Assembly: GCA_963665275.2 (NCBI GenBank)
Contig: CAXXIN010000003.1
Span: 64,001 to 128,000 of the forward strand
Origin: Negativicutes bacterium
GTDB taxonomy: Bacteria; Bacillota; Negativicutes; UBA1444
Length of the DNA stretch: 64,000 nt
Reading direction: 5' to 3'
The notes beneath the pieces are model-generated. The model was given only the letters and a program-made list of their open reading frames with translations. It was not told the DNA's origin and made no database searches. Shown piece after piece: positions 37,409 through 47,948 of the stretch (the stretch's first letter is position 1; every line of letters starts with the position of its first letter). The position numbers and the translations under genes were made by a program.

Positions 37409-39979
37409 TTATATGATCCGTTGGGGCCACTTTACATCAGGTATCAGCGCTGCACCCGTCCACTTTTCAACCTGAATGTTGCAGGTATTCCAGCCGCCGA
37501 TGCCTTGCCCTGTCGCGATGGGTCCCGTCAGGATATTATCCGCGCCAGCCTTATCAACCCCATTTTTCTCATCCATGTCGACCCACGCGCCATGAGGGAG
37601 TCCAACGACGCCCGGCATGAGACGCTGCGTGACTTGCGCGGTTCGTAGCGTTTTCCCATGGCGGCTTTTCAGCAGGACCGTGTCACCCGTCTTGATACCC
37701 CGCTCACCGGCATCCTTCGCGCTGACAAAGACAGGATTCGGGAAGGCTTCGCGAAGCTGGGGAATATTATCAAAAATTCCATGGGATCGCCTGAAGTAAT
37801 GCGGATTCACCACTTGCAGCGGATACTCGCCTTTGACTTTGGCCTTCCAATCTTTGAAAGTGTCTTCATATCCTTCTGTCGCTTTATTATAGCTTGGGAA
37901 CGGTTTAATTTCGGTGAATCCATAATTTTTGATCAACGTGGCCAAGGCCCTGGAGTGAATCTCCAGTTTTCCGGACTCAGTTTTCAATGGGTTGGCAGCC
38001 GGATCCTGACGAAATTTCTCATACCCAATATAGCCAAACTTATCACCCGGTTTGCGTTCCACCTGGTACATTCCTTTTTCTCTAAATTCCTTCAACGTGA
38101 TCCGACCTTGTTGCGGCTTCCCTTGAACGCCCATTTCGGCAATGTCAGCCGCAGTAATCGTCAAAAGGGTTTCCATGCCGGAGCCGTCCGCTTTGATAAC
38201 CGTTGCCCCGGCTAATTGATTAAAGATCTGCTGCTTTTCGGGAATCGGATAAATGTTTTCCGCTTTAAGGCCCAATCGCTTACCGATTTCAATCGCCATC
38301 CACTGATCGTGCTTCGCTTCGAAGAGAGGCTGAGTCACCCGTGTGTAATGGATTAAGATTTCGCGGTTCCCTGTGCCGAAGCCGCCTTCACGTTCCCACT
38401 CCGTTGTGGCAGGCAGAATAATATCGGCGTATTTGGCATTCGTCGTTAAAAAGTGGGAATGACAAACAACGAACTCTACCTTACGGTGTGCTTCAATCCC
38501 CTTGTTCATGGCGGAGCGGGTTTGCAGAACCGAGCTATATCCATGATAAATCAGCTGAATATTGATATCCTTCTTCTTGTTATAGCCTGCCGTATACCTT
38601 CCTGAAAGAATGGCTTCCCACATTTCGTTATCATTAATACTGTCAGTCACTGGGTTTTTAATTGCCGGCAATCCGTTTCCGCCTGGTTTGACAAGACCGG
38701 GACCTCCATTGCCCGAGCCAAAGTGACAGCTAACCCCTGTCATTCGTCCGGGCTGACCCATGTGTCCGGTCATCGCCCCAAAAGACATAAACATTTGCGG
38801 CCACGAGTCGGAATTGTTGATCCGTGACGCAGCCCATGCGGTAAATAAAGCGACCCGTTTGGTTTTGGCAATTTGCAAAGCAATGTCACGGATTGTGTTG
38901 GGTTCTATCCCGCAAATTTCAGCGGCCCACGCCGGCGTCTTCGGCAACCCGTCAAACGTTCCAAGAATATAGTCTTTCAGATTATCCTTCGGATCAGCGC
39001 CCTGAGGCATATGATCCGCATCGAAGCCTACCGTGCAGCGATATAGGAAATCCCAATCAATCAGCGGGTTCGTTGCCGGCGCATCTTCTTTCAATAGAGT
39101 GTACGCCATTCCCAGTAGCATTGCATGATCTGTCCCTGGATGTATGGGAACCCACTGCGCCTCGAGAGTTTCCGCCGTATCGGTATAGATAGGATCAATG
39201 ATAATGAACTTTGCGCCTGCCTTTTTGGCCTGCAAATAGTTATACGTCGGATTTCCTCCTGCACTCCAGGCAGGATTGCCGCCCCAGAGAACAACAAGCT
39301 GGGAATTCCGCAAGTCTAACCGATCATTGATGCTATGCTCAAAGTACCCTTCTTGCATGCCGAATTTCGCCGGACCCCAACGCCAAGAACCCCAGGAAGT
39401 TGTCCCCCAATGTGTGGAATGCCCCCCATAGAGTCCCAACGCGCGCGGCATTTCGCTGCCACCTGTTACAAAGATCGAACTATTGCCGTATTTTTCACGG
39501 ATTCGTTTGATTTCACCCGACACACTATCCAGCGCTTCATCCCAAGAAATCCGAACCCATTCATCTTTACCGCGCAGTTCTTTTTTCCCACCGCCCGGCG
39601 CCCAATTTTTCCGTTTCATCGGATATTTGATCCGATCAACACCAAAAACCTGATGGCGCTGGGATCGACCGCGGGCGCAGCCTCTTTGCTGAGGATAATC
39701 AGGCGAGTCGGCGTGGGTATCATCCGTTTTTTGACGGAGGACTACGCCATCCACAACATACGCTTTATTCATACAACGTCCGCCACAATTATGCCAGCAG
39801 GCAGCAGTAATCCACTTGCCTTCCTTCTTGGCCAGCTCTTCCGCCTGTTGGTTGGGCACTTTTGTGAGACCGCAGCCCGACAGGGAAACGGCCGCAAGCG
39901 TGCCTGCTGTGAGCCCCATGAAGGACCGTCGGCTCATCGCGTAGTTTTTGGCTTTGTCGATAAGATTTCCCATAAACAT
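37409..39979 (-). CDS. dmsA: Tat-exported molybdopterin oxidoreductase, DmsA family
   Basis: SRRSFM Tat motif, CWHNCGGRC Fe-S motif, ADIILPA, C-terminal molydop-binding domain. Confidence 0.88.
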   Translation of the reverse strand: MFMGNLIDKAKNYAMSRRSFMGLTAGTLAAVSLSGCGLTKVPNQQAEELAKKEGKWITAACWHNCGGRCMNKAYVVDGVVLRQKTDDTHADSPDYPQQRGCARGRSQRHQVFGVDRIKYPMKRKNWAPGGGKKELRGKDEWVRISWDEALDSVSGEIKRIREKYGNSSIFVTGGSEMPRALGLYGGHSTHWGTTSWGSWRWGPAKFGMQEGYFEHSINDRLDLRNSQLVVLWGGNPAWSAGGNPTYNYLQAKKAGAKFIIIDPIYTDTAETLEAQWVPIHPGTDHAMLLGMAYTLLKEDAPATNPLIDWDFLYRCTVGFDADHMPQGADPKDNLKDYILGTFDGLPKTPAWAAEICGIEPNTIRDIALQIAKTKRVALFTAWAASRINNSDSWPQMFMSFGAMTGHMGQPGRMTGVSCHFGSGNGGPGLVKPGGNGLPAIKNPVTDSINDNEMWEAILSGRYTAGYNKKKDINIQLIYHGYSSVLQTRSAMNKGIEAHRKVEFVVCHSHFLTTNAKYADIILPATTEWEREGGFGTGNREILIHYTRVTQPLFEAKHDQWMAIEIGKRLGLKAENIYPIPEKQQIFNQLAGATVIKADGSGMETLLTITAADIAEMGVQGKPQQGRITLKEFREKGMYQVERKPGDKFGYIGYEKFRQDPAANPLKTESGKLEIHSRALATLIKNYGFTEIKPFPSYNKATEGYEDTFKDWKAKVKGEYPLQVVNPHYFRRSHGIFDNIPQLREAFPNPVFVSAKDAGERGIKTGDTVLLKSRHGKTLRTAQVTQRLMPGVVGLPHGAWVDMDEKNGVDKAGADNILTGPIATGQGIGGWNTCNIQVEKWTGAALIPDVKWPQRII

Positions 39980-40000
39980 TCTCCTCCTAAACCCTTATAT

Positions 40001-40705
40001 CTAAAACTCAATTTCCAACAGTTCATGGAGCGCACTTTGGTCAACTTGCAAAAAGCCTCTGAGGATCTGTGCCGTCCCTTGATAAAGTTCCGTACCGGAA
40101 TGCGCAATGACTTGTCCTGCGAAAGCCGGAACCCAACGAAGAAGGTGCTGTTCCAGAAAGTCAACTTGGTCACGCAAAACTTCCCGCATTCCCGAGCAAT
40201 CCTGGTTTTCAACCTTTTCACAGGTCACAATCGACAGTTGATACATAAAATCACATTCCAGCCCCACATGATCATCCGCTTCCTGCTGATAGAGTTTGGG
40301 CAAGAAAGCATATTTCAGATAAGCCAGCCGGACACGTCGCGTCTCTTCCTGAAACAGCAGTTTGTCTTTATTAAGATAGGCTGATTCCCAGGGAGGCGCC
40401 GGTAACTCGCCGGGGCCAATAAAGAGTCGCGTGTAATCCCAGTGAAGTTTGTCATATTCTATTTCCGTCATCACATCGTGTTGCCCGAGGTAGTCTTGAA
40501 CCTTTCGAATCCCTTGCTCAATCTCTTCGTTTTCATCTTTAAAAGGGAACTCCTGAAGGGTTTGCTGTTGACTCAGGTTCTGCAGGAATTCCGGCGAAGG
40601 TTCCTGTAGAAAAGCACGACGCAGAAAATCATACGCAAACACTCTCGTTTCCAGAAGCGGCTGCAAAAATCGGGTACCAGATTCCGCTTTAATATTCTGT
40701 GACAT
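40001..40705 (-). CDS. dmsD: TorD/DmsD family chaperone
   Basis: PPWESAY, EADDHVGLE, FLEQHLLRW. Confidence 0.9.
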   Translation of the reverse strand: MSQNIKAESGTRFLQPLLETRVFAYDFLRRAFLQEPSPEFLQNLSQQQTLQEFPFKDENEEIEQGIRKVQDYLGQHDVMTEIEYDKLHWDYTRLFIGPGELPAPPWESAYLNKDKLLFQEETRRVRLAYLKYAFLPKLYQQEADDHVGLECDFMYQLSIVTCEKVENQDCSGMREVLRDQVDFLEQHLLRWVPAFAGQVIAHSGTELYQGTAQILRGFLQVDQSALHELLEIEF

Positions 40706-40725
40706 TGAAACACCTCATCTAACTT

Positions 40726-42063
40726 TCACACCATACTGATATGGAACTCTTGCGAAAAAACGCGTTCAATTTTTAATTCCCGGCGATATAGTTCGCCTTC
40801 GCGGACTTCCATAATATTGGTTGATATCCCAATCTCAACAGAGAGCGCTGACAGCAAATGAATTTCATCGACCGGAAACTCCAAGTATTGATAGTCTTTA
40901 TTGACCTCGTATTCCCTCATGTTTTTTGCGTCAAAAATGCACATGACTGTGGGGATGTCGTCGCCAAAAACCTTAGCAGTTTTTATAAAATAGTCTTTGG
41001 GTGACAGGTAGATTAACTTCGCCTTATCTGCCAACTGGTTTTGTTGAAAAACCTGTCCGGTAAATTTATTTTCCAAAGAACAATAATGCACCCCCAGGGA
41101 CAGCACCTCTTCAACCGCAAAGTTCAATAATTCCAAGCCCTCATCTTCACTGCCGGCAACAGGCAATCCCCCCGCATACCAGTAATCATAGAGCACTTCA
41201 AAAGGCGGATTTTTTACCCGAAACTGCCGTTTTTTAAACTCCTGGGCATTATGGTAGGGAAAACAAAACTCCAACAAATTAATTCCTGCGATCCCTATAG
41301 AATTTAGTTCTTGCAACAAGTCTTTCATCTCAGGCAAAGTTCCTGGAATCACAGGCATCTCGACCATTACGCAGGGAATATTACTCTTCGCCATACGGAT
41401 CATTTCCATGACCTTACGCCTTCTCTGGAGAGAGTCTTCCAATTTAATGCTAAAGCGGATTTCATTCAACCGGACTCGTTCAAGCTGGTCTAAAATCGCT
41501 TTGTCCAGCAAGTCGCCCGATGTATAAAGCCGGGTGTGCGCCCGAGGAAATTTCAGCTTCGCCGCTTGAAAAAACCGAACTGTCTCTTCTGGATGCAGTA
41601 ATGGCTCGCCACCCGTTAATGCAATATAGTCTAGGGTCCCACCCGTCTGCTTGAGCTGATCCAATTCCTTGATACTGTCCCGTTGCCGTGCGGTATGTTC
41701 GTCATAATCCTGCTGATTCGGGTTAAAACAGTAATAGCAATGCCGATGACACTGCAAGGACAAATAGAAAGTAGCACTGTTTTGCCCTTTATTGCACGCC
41801 TTGCAGGCTGGTGATATCCAATTAACATAGATACTGTGATTATTATTGCGATGGTTCACCTGATTCTCCGGCAAATGTACTCTCTGCTCAGTTTTGTGTG
41901 TCGAAATGCAGCGATCCAATTCCAAGCCTTCGGTATTTACGTGTTCAAGAAACCGTCCGTATATCCTGGAATAAATTTGCGCATATTCCCTAAATTTCGG
42001 ATTTGCAATTTCAGTCAAGTTACCCTCATTGATCTCCAATAACATTGAATAACTCCTGTCCAC
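40726..42063 (-). CDS. Radical SAM protein
   Basis: CHRHCYYC, TGGEPLL; extra SPACKAC. Confidence 0.9.
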   Translation of the reverse strand: MDRSYSMLLEINEGNLTEIANPKFREYAQIYSRIYGRFLEHVNTEGLELDRCISTHKTEQRVHLPENQVNHRNNNHSIYVNWISPACKACNKGQNSATFYLSLQCHRHCYYCFNPNQQDYDEHTARQRDSIKELDQLKQTGGTLDYIALTGGEPLLHPEETVRFFQAAKLKFPRAHTRLYTSGDLLDKAILDQLERVRLNEIRFSIKLEDSLQRRRKVMEMIRMAKSNIPCVMVEMPVIPGTLPEMKDLLQELNSIGIAGINLLEFCFPYHNAQEFKKRQFRVKNPPFEVLYDYWYAGGLPVAGSEDEGLELLNFAVEEVLSLGVHYCSLENKFTGQVFQQNQLADKAKLIYLSPKDYFIKTAKVFGDDIPTVMCIFDAKNMREYEVNKDYQYLEFPVDEIHLLSALSVEIGISTNIMEVREGELYRRELKIERVFSQEFHISMV

Positions 42064-42244
42064 ATCGTAATAAAATGAGCATTTAAAAGACTCAGCCTCT
42101 TAAACTTCCATATTATTTATTAAAACCCTTCAAATTCAAGAATATTTTTGATATTTGCCCCAAGATTCACCCCAAGATCCAAAAAGAAGAGGATCCGTCC
42201 ATAGATGAACCGATCCTCTTCTTCATTGATGTATTAGCGTAAGG

Positions 42245-43300
42245 TTATTTCGCAGATGATTTTTTCACTTCTGCGAGGATGGAATCAACTGTGGCTTTGC
42301 CAATCTTGTCGGTATACTCGGCATATACGGGCTGCACAGCATCCTGGAACGCTTTGAGTTGTTCCGGGGTCAATGCGGTCACGGTCATGCCGGCTTCCTT
42401 CAGTTTGGAAATTTGCGAATCGTTCATTTCCTTGCTGATGGTTCGGACATAGTCGCGGGCGACATACGCTGCATCCTGGAATACTTTCTGGTCTTCCTTA
42501 GGCATTCCATCCCAGGTCTTTTTGCTGATGATCAGCAGATGCGGGGTGTAGACGTGACCGGTCAGGGTCACAAATTTCTGTACTTCATTATATTTTGACA
42601 GATAAATGGTCGGAATCGGATTTTCCTGTCCGTCAACAGTCTTTTGCTGCATAGCGGTGAACAGTTCGCTGAAAGGCATCGGGGTAGGGTTGGCGCCGAG
42701 GGCTTTCCATGTCGCCAAGTGAATCGGGTTCTGCATGACGCGGATTTTCAGGCCTTTCACGTCAGCAGGTACTTTGACTTCGTGTGCGCTATTTGTCAGA
42801 TGACGGAATCCATTTTCCCAGTACGCAAGGCCTTTTAGGCCCTTGGCTTCCATTTTGTCGAGCAGGGCCTGGCCGGCCGGGCCATCCATGACTTTGTATG
42901 CGACTGTCGTATTCGGGAACAGGAACGGCAGATCAAACACGCCGAGTTCTGGCACGATACCGGTCAGTGGCGAAGACGATGGTCCTGTCATTTCCAGATT
43001 ACCCATACGGGCGGCTTCGGTCGTCTTAACGTCGTCGCCGAGCTGGGCATTGGCATACAGCTGGATATCATATTTGCCAGGGAGTTTCTTGTCGATTTCT
43101 TCCTTGAATTTTTTCAGGCCGAGGAACTCGGGGTGCACTTCGTTCAGACCGATACTGATGCGGATTACTTTGGCGCCGGTTGTCGCTGCTTTCGCCGGAT
43201 CAGCTTTTGCTTCCGGTTTCTTGTCTGAGGACAGACAGCCTGTCAGTAGGGTTGTTGCCATCACCATGACCATTGCGAGAACGAACCATTTTTTGCTCAC
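42245..43300 (-). CDS. dctP: TRAP transporter substrate-binding lipoprotein
   Basis: Lipobox LTGC, ENGFR, KGLKIRV, VDGQENP. Confidence 0.93.
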   Translation of the reverse strand: MSKKWFVLAMVMVMATTLLTGCLSSDKKPEAKADPAKAATTGAKVIRISIGLNEVHPEFLGLKKFKEEIDKKLPGKYDIQLYANAQLGDDVKTTEAARMGNLEMTGPSSSPLTGIVPELGVFDLPFLFPNTTVAYKVMDGPAGQALLDKMEAKGLKGLAYWENGFRHLTNSAHEVKVPADVKGLKIRVMQNPIHLATWKALGANPTPMPFSELFTAMQQKTVDGQENPIPTIYLSKYNEVQKFVTLTGHVYTPHLLIISKKTWDGMPKEDQKVFQDAAYVARDYVRTISKEMNDSQISKLKEAGMTVTALTPEQLKAFQDAVQPVYAEYTDKIGKATVDSILAEVKKSSAK

Positions 43301-43393
43301 TCTTTTTCCCCCTCTTTTCTTGTCGTGTTGGTTTTTATCGATGCGGCTTTCCGCCGCAAAAACCCGTGTTCAAATCCATGACTTTGGGTTAAG

Positions 43394-44677
43394 TTAGTTG
43401 GTGAACAGGTTGGGAATGAACGTAACCAAACTGGGAATATAGGTAATCAGCAGCAAAACCGTGATCATCACGCCGATAAACGGCAACAGGGGTTTCGTGA
43501 TCTGACCCATCGAGATTTTCGACAGGCCGCAGCCAACGTACAGAACTGTGCCGACAGGCGGCGTAATCAGCCCAATACAGAGGTTAACGCACATGACCAC
43601 GCCGAAATATACAGGGTCAAGGCCATAACTTTCGGCAACCGGCAACAGCATCGGTGCGAGAATGAGCAACGCCGGTGTAAGGTCCATGACGCAGCCGACG
43701 ATCAACAGCAACACATTAATCCAGAACATGGCAAGCAACACATTGCCGCCTGCAAGTTCGTTAAGTGTACGCAACAGCATCAGGGGAACCTGAGCGGTGG
43801 TAATCATATAGCCAGCCGCAGTAGCTGCCCCGCAGACGAGCAGGACGATGGCCGTTCCTTTGCCGGACATGACCAGAATTTCAGGCATCTGAGATATTTT
43901 CAGTTCCTTGTAAACAAACATCCCAATGAAAAACGCATAGACTACCGCGACCACAGCGGCTTCAGTCGGTGTATAGACGCCGGAAACGATACCGCCCAGG
44001 ATAATGATCGGCAGCATCAACGCCCAGCCTGCCTCTTTAACTGCAGTCATCATCTCAGCACGGGTTTGGCGGTGACCGACGGCCTTGTACCCCATTTTCT
44101 TCGCATGAAAGTACCAGACGATCATCAAGCCGACGCCGATCAGGATGCCGGGAACGATTCCACCCAGGAACAGTTTGACGATCGACACGCCGGCAACAAC
44201 CCCGAACAGAATCATCGGAATGCTTGGCGGGATGATCGGTCCGATCGTTCCGGCCGAGGCAATAAGCGCCGTACTCTTGGGTACATCATAGCCTTCTTTT
44301 TTCATGATCGGTAACAGAATTGATCCGATGGCCGACGTATCAGCAACGGCCGACCCGGAAACGCCGGCGAAGATCATGCTGGCAACAACCGAAACATAAC
44401 CCAGGCCGCCGGTCACATGGCCGACCAAGGCGTTGGCAAAATTAACAATTCGTCTTGACATCCCGCCTACATTCATGATTTCCCCCGCCAGCATGAAGAA
44501 CGGGATCGCCATTAATGGAAAGTTATCGATGCCGCGATAAACGCTGGACGCAATGTTCGCTGAGGACAATTCGCCTGCAAACACCATGAGAACGATCGTT
44601 GTCAGGATCAAACTAAACGCAATCGGGATGTTGAGAAATATGAACCCAAACAGACTCGATAAGAAGGTGCTTAACAT
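43394..44677 (-). CDS. dctM: TRAP transporter large permease
   Basis: AIPFFMLAG, SGSAVAD, IIPPSI, TPTEA, TPPVG. Confidence 0.95.
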   Translation of the reverse strand: MLSTFLSSLFGFIFLNIPIAFSLILTTIVLMVFAGELSSANIASSVYRGIDNFPLMAIPFFMLAGEIMNVGGMSRRIVNFANALVGHVTGGLGYVSVVASMIFAGVSGSAVADTSAIGSILLPIMKKEGYDVPKSTALIASAGTIGPIIPPSIPMILFGVVAGVSIVKLFLGGIVPGILIGVGLMIVWYFHAKKMGYKAVGHRQTRAEMMTAVKEAGWALMLPIIILGGIVSGVYTPTEAAVVAVVYAFFIGMFVYKELKISQMPEILVMSGKGTAIVLLVCGAATAAGYMITTAQVPLMLLRTLNELAGGNVLLAMFWINVLLLIVGCVMDLTPALLILAPMLLPVAESYGLDPVYFGVVMCVNLCIGLITPPVGTVLYVGCGLSKISMGQITKPLLPFIGVMITVLLLITYIPSLVTFIPNLFTN

Positions 44678-45174
44678 GAGGTACCCTCCCGAAAGTGAGT
44701 TTTTCCTGTCAGCAAATAAAAAGTTTTGAGCATTACCTGGAGCATCATCAAGCCACAGGTGAACGGTACGATGAAGTATACATATCCCTGAGGTATTTCC
44801 GCTGCAGAGGAAAGCCAGTCGAAATTATCCCGCATCAGCAGGTATCCGCCTTCCATAACTGCATACAATGCGAACAGAATCAGCAGGTTGGTGCAGACAG
44901 CGACCCCTACCCGCAAGGTATGCGGAAACTTCGCCACGAGGATGTCCAGTCCCAGATGTTCGTCATTGATATAAGCCAGGAAGGACCCGATGAACACCAG
45001 CCAGACCAGCATAAACCGGGCCACTTCCTCCGACCACGCCAAGGAGGCGTGCAAATAGTAACGGCTGACTACATTCGAGAACACAATGACGACCATCATT
45101 ACCAACAGAACGATAACCGTCCATCGCATCATTTTTTGAATTGCCCCGTAAATGAAATCTATGGCTTTTATCAC
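44671..45174 (-). CDS. dctQ: TRAP transporter small permease
   Basis: Four TMs, WSEEVAR. Confidence 0.92.
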   Translation of the reverse strand: MIKAIDFIYGAIQKMMRWTVIVLLVMMVVIVFSNVVSRYYLHASLAWSEEVARFMLVWLVFIGSFLAYINDEHLGLDILVAKFPHTLRVGVAVCTNLLILFALYAVMEGGYLLMRDNFDWLSSAAEIPQGYVYFIVPFTCGLMMLQVMLKTFYLLTGKTHFREGTSC

Positions 45175-45195
45175 ATTGCACCCCTCACTTGGCGA

Positions 45196-46086
45196 TTATT
45201 TCTTGCGTGCTTCCACTTTCGCCAGCTTCTCGTAGAACTCAACGATGCCGGAGTGGTCGTTCTGCCCTTTGCCATCCACTTTCAAGGCCTGCAGGATTTC
45301 CATGACGGATGCGGTCAGAGGCAGGGGAACGCCCACGTCGTGACCCGTTTCAATGGCATTGGCCAGATCCTTGATATGCAGGTCGATCTTGAAGCCTGGC
45401 TTGAAATTGCCTGCGAGCATCATCGGACCTTTCGCTTCCATCACCGTGCTGCCTGCGAGGCCGCCGCGGATGGCGTTGAATACGAGTTCCGGGTCGACAC
45501 CGGCCTTGGTTGCCAGCACAAAAGCTTCGGATACTGCCGCGATATTGAGCGCGACGACGATCTGGTTCGCCAGTTTGGTGGTGTTGCCTGCGCCGATTTC
45601 GCCGCACAGTACGACCGATTTGCCCATCTTCGACAATAGTTCGGCGCAACGCTCGAACAGTTCTTTTTTGCCGCCGACCATGATGGACAACGTGCCGTCG
45701 ATTGCTTTGGGTTCTCCGCCGCTGACCGGCGCGTCCAGCATTTCAACGCCTTTTTTCGCCACAGCCGCCGCCACTTCCTGCGAAGCAAGCGGCGCAATGG
45801 AACTCATGTCAATGAGAACCAGACCTGCCTTAGCGCCTTCGAGGACGCCGTTTTCACCGAGGATGGCGGTTTTCACATGCGGGGAGTTCGGCAGCATGGT
45901 GATGACGACTTCCGACTGCATGGCGACATCTTTGGAGGTCGGCGCCGACTTGGCGCCTGCGGCCACGACTTCTTTCACTGCGTCCTGGTTGATGTCGAAT
46001 ACGACGAGTTCATAGCCAGCCTTAAGCAAATTCTTGGCCATCGGTTTTCCCATGATACCAAGACCGATAAATCCGATTTTTTTCAT
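45196..46086 (-). CDS. garR: 2-hydroxy-3-oxopropionate (tartronate semialdehyde) reductase
   Basis: IGFIGLGIMGKPMAKNL, DAPVSGGEPKA, KLANQ, FKPGFKIDLHIKDL. Confidence 0.88.
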   Translation of the reverse strand: MKKIGFIGLGIMGKPMAKNLLKAGYELVVFDINQDAVKEVVAAGAKSAPTSKDVAMQSEVVITMLPNSPHVKTAILGENGVLEGAKAGLVLIDMSSIAPLASQEVAAAVAKKGVEMLDAPVSGGEPKAIDGTLSIMVGGKKELFERCAELLSKMGKSVVLCGEIGAGNTTKLANQIVVALNIAAVSEAFVLATKAGVDPELVFNAIRGGLAGSTVMEAKGPMMLAGNFKPGFKIDLHIKDLANAIETGHDVGVPLPLTASVMEILQALKVDGKGQNDHSGIVEFYEKLAKVEARKK

Positions 46087-46132
46087 AATATTAGCCTCCC
46101 AATCAGTTGATATTTTTATTTTTCGTCGAAGC

Positions 46133-47065
46133 CTATTTCAGCAGTCCTTTGACTTTCGCTGTAATGGCCTGTGCCGTCAATCCGTAGTGAACCAGCAATT
46201 CCTCATAGTTCAGCGCCGAGGTGCCGAATACATCTTCGATACCGACGAAGTCAAGCGGAGCTCCTTTTTCAAGCCGGAGAGCTTCTGCAATGGCGCTGCC
46301 CAGCCCGCCGATGACGCTGTGTTCTTCCGCCGTGACCACTGCTTTCATTCCTTTGGCGCACTCGATGACCGCTTTTCTGTCGAGCGGTTTGACCGAGCTC
46401 ACATTGACGACTTTCACCGAAACGCCTTCGGCCGCCAATTCTTCCGCTGCTGTCAGCGCCCGGGAAACCATGACGCCGTTAGCGAATACGACAACATCTT
46501 TTCCTTCGCGTATCGTATAGAGCTTACCGATTTCAAACGGAGTATCCGTCGGGGTCAGAATTGGCAGGTCGTTGCGGTTGATGCGGATGTATACGGGGCC
46601 GGGTTGGTTGACCATGGCCGCTACCATTTTGGTGGTTTCCACCGCGTCAACAGGAACGAGCACTGTCATGCCGGGAATCCCGCGCATCAAACCCATATCT
46701 TCAACCGATTGATGGGTCGAGCCGTCGCCGTAATCGGACAGACCGGCGCTCGAACCACAGATCTTCACATTCAGTCCGGCGATGGAAATTGTCTGGCGCA
46801 GCTGGTCATAGCAACGTCCGGTGGAAAATACCGCGAACGAATTGATGAAAGGGATTTTGCCTGTCAGAGAAAGCCCCGCCGCAGTCGACGCCATGTTCGC
46901 TTCGGCGATGCTCATTTCAAAATAGCGTTCCGGATAGGCAATTTGGAATAGATTGGACATTGTGGACTTGCCGAGGTCGGCTTCCAGCACCACAATGTTC
47001 TTGTTGTCTTTGCCCAGTGCTACCAGGGCCTCGCCGTAAGCGGTCCGCAAACTGTTCGTAGCCAT
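46133..47065 (-). CDS. Transketolase, C-terminal (pyrimidine-binding) subunit
   Basis: IAEANM, DGSTHQ, EEHSVIGGLG. Confidence 0.9.
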   Translation of the reverse strand: MATNSLRTAYGEALVALGKDNKNIVVLEADLGKSTMSNLFQIAYPERYFEMSIAEANMASTAAGLSLTGKIPFINSFAVFSTGRCYDQLRQTISIAGLNVKICGSSAGLSDYGDGSTHQSVEDMGLMRGIPGMTVLVPVDAVETTKMVAAMVNQPGPVYIRINRNDLPILTPTDTPFEIGKLYTIREGKDVVVFANGVMVSRALTAAEELAAEGVSVKVVNVSSVKPLDRKAVIECAKGMKAVVTAEEHSVIGGLGSAIAEALRLEKGAPLDFVGIEDVFGTSALNYEELLVHYGLTAQAITAKVKGLLK

Positions 47066-47066
47066 C

Positions 47067-47912
47067 TTATGCCCTCCCTTTCCGGATGTTGTCCAGATCA
47101 CACAGGGCCGTCTTGCACTGCTCCGCGCTCAACATTCCGTTGTGGAACGCCGCATTGTTTTCGGCGAAAGAAATGCATTTCCCTTTGACGGTCTGCGCCA
47201 GGATGACCGAAGGGCGCCCCTTGACTTGCTCGGCGGCATCGAACGCCTTGAGCAGCGCAGACACATCATGTCCGTCCACCTCGATGGCATTCCAGCCGAA
47301 AGCTTCCCATTTTGGACGAATGGGGTTAAGATCGAACCGGTCCTTGATCGCGCCGGTAGCCTGCAATCGGTTGCAGTCGACGATGGCGGTGATATTGTCG
47401 ATCTTGAAGTTGGAAGCCGCCATGGCCGCTTCCCAGATCTGCCCTTCAGCCTGTTCGCCGTCGCCCACGATCACATATACGCGACGAGGGCTGCCATCGA
47501 GCCGGAGTCCGAGCGCCATGCCGTTGGCGACCGACAGACCTTGCCCGAGCGAACCGGTATTGGCCTCGATTCCCGGCGTCTTGGTCATGTCGGGATGTCC
47601 CTGCAGCATCGCTCCAAGCGATTTCACTTTCTTCAGCTCACTCTGCGGGAAATAGCCGGCCAAGGCCAGCGCCGCATACTGGACGAGAGCCGCATGCCCC
47701 TTGCTCAGGAGGAAGCGGTCACGATCAGGATTCTTCGGATTCTTGGAATCATGTTTCATTTTGTGAAAATAAAGCGCCGCCACGATGTCCGCCGAAGAGC
47801 AGGACCCGCCAAGGTGCCCCACTTTCCCTTCGCCGATGAGATCGGTCACAATCAGTTCTCGCATTTCCAGCGCTTTGTCCTCAATCGAACGGATAACTTC
47901 TGCTGCTATCAT
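47067..47912 (-). CDS. Transketolase, N-terminal (TPP-binding) subunit
   Basis: GHLGG, LSKGH, GSLGQG, GDGE...EGQIWEA. Confidence 0.92.
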   Translation of the reverse strand: MIAAEVIRSIEDKALEMRELIVTDLIGEGKVGHLGGSCSSADIVAALYFHKMKHDSKNPKNPDRDRFLLSKGHAALVQYAALALAGYFPQSELKKVKSLGAMLQGHPDMTKTPGIEANTGSLGQGLSVANGMALGLRLDGSPRRVYVIVGDGEQAEGQIWEAAMAASNFKIDNITAIVDCNRLQATGAIKDRFDLNPIRPKWEAFGWNAIEVDGHDVSALLKAFDAAEQVKGRPSVILAQTVKGKCISFAENNAAFHNGMLSAEQCKTALCDLDNIRKGRA

Positions 47913-47948
47913 CGGAACCTCCCCTTCTATATTTAGTGATTCTGCGCC

